NCBI GenBank assembly: GCA_030619765.1
Contig: JAUXAU010000006.1
Coordinates: 766 to 64,765 of the forward strand
Reading direction: 5' to 3'
DNA from: Thermoplasmatota archaeon
GTDB taxonomy: Archaea > Thermoplasmatota > E2 > DHVEG-1
DNA length: 64,000 bases
Shown here: positions 63,813-64,000 of the stretch, piece after piece
Position numbering within the stretch: the first letter of the stretch is position 1
Layout of the letters: every line of letters starts with the position of its first letter
Program-made: the position numbers and the translations under genes
Notes under the pieces: generated by a model
What the model saw: only the letters and a program-made list of their open reading frames with translations
The model's database searches: none
Told to the model about the DNA's origin: nothing

Positions 63813-64000
63813 TTTTATTTTGTATTATTGCAGTTCAATAATTTATTATATATAAATTTCGGGGAAATTTTATATAACGGGATTATTCACAAAGAAAACT
63901 ACCATAAATACTAATTTTTTCCTGTTTACCCTATTTTTAGCACAAATGGGGCTAGTTTTTCTCTAAGTTGTTTACTATTCTCAAATAGAATTGTGTGGAT

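Noticed and set aside
1-64000. A by-eye search for tRNA, rRNA and CRISPR arrays, looking for GC-rich islands in intergenic DNA and for regularly spaced repeats
   Set aside because: I noticed no cloverleaf-compatible GC-rich segments and no repeat-spacer arrays. A proper tRNAscan-SE, Infernal or CRISPR scan would be needed to be certain.

Overview
AT-rich 64-kb window with a dense, prokaryote-type gene layout. The content looks archaeal. Supporting signs are A/T-rich TATA/BRE-like boxes upstream of genes, GGAGG/GGTGA ribosome-binding sites, a DUF1616-type membrane protein next to GT2 enzymes, wHTH-nucleotidyltransferase/HEPN pairs, a PRC-barrel protein, and giant PKD/beta-helix surface proteins. 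I cannot assign the lineage from sequence alone. I saw no rRNA, tRNA or CRISPR array. Layout: (i) 0-10 kb holds a CPBP protease, a GH13 amylase-family enzyme, a VOC protein, two secreted proteins including a C25 (gingipain-like) peptidase, and an OPT transporter. (ii) 10.3-15.9 kb is a toxin-antitoxin island with two paralogous RelE-like modules and three nucleotidyltransferase (MNT) genes whose HEPN partners are intact, decayed or missing. (iii) 16-25.9 kb holds a PKD/acidic-repeat surface protein, small membrane proteins, and a directly repeated pair of GT2 genes flanking a DUF1616 gene and a zinc-ribbon membrane gene. (iv) 26-49 kb is the most interesting feature: a roughly 22-kb glycan-biosynthesis locus entirely on the plus strand. 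It encodes five GT4 enzymes, a nucleotide-sugar dehydrogenase, a heparinase II/III-like protein, three sulfotransferase-fold proteins, an alkaline-phosphatase-superfamily enzyme, an M14-like peptidase, Wzx, a polytopic membrane protein, a CapK/PaaK-like ligase, an LbH acetyltransferase and a PP-loop enzyme. (v) 49-53 kb holds a visibly GC-richer B12-radical SAM gene and a long nucleotide-sugar dehydrogenase on the minus strand. (vi) 53.5-61.3 kb is a tightly packed five-gene minus-strand operon encoding giant parallel-beta-helix/cohesin/PKD/FN3 surface proteins. (vii) 61.4-62.8 kb is an IS4-family insertion sequence sitting just upstream of that operon, followed by a frame-split secreted membrane protein gene. 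Sequence-level oddities include an in-frame TGA exactly where a paralog has Trp, signal peptides that seem to start at ATA after a strong RBS, a 77-nt perfect repeat between the GT2 copies, and a compact three-helix inverted-repeat element near the 3' end. All functional calls come from motif reading by eye, since no database search was possible.
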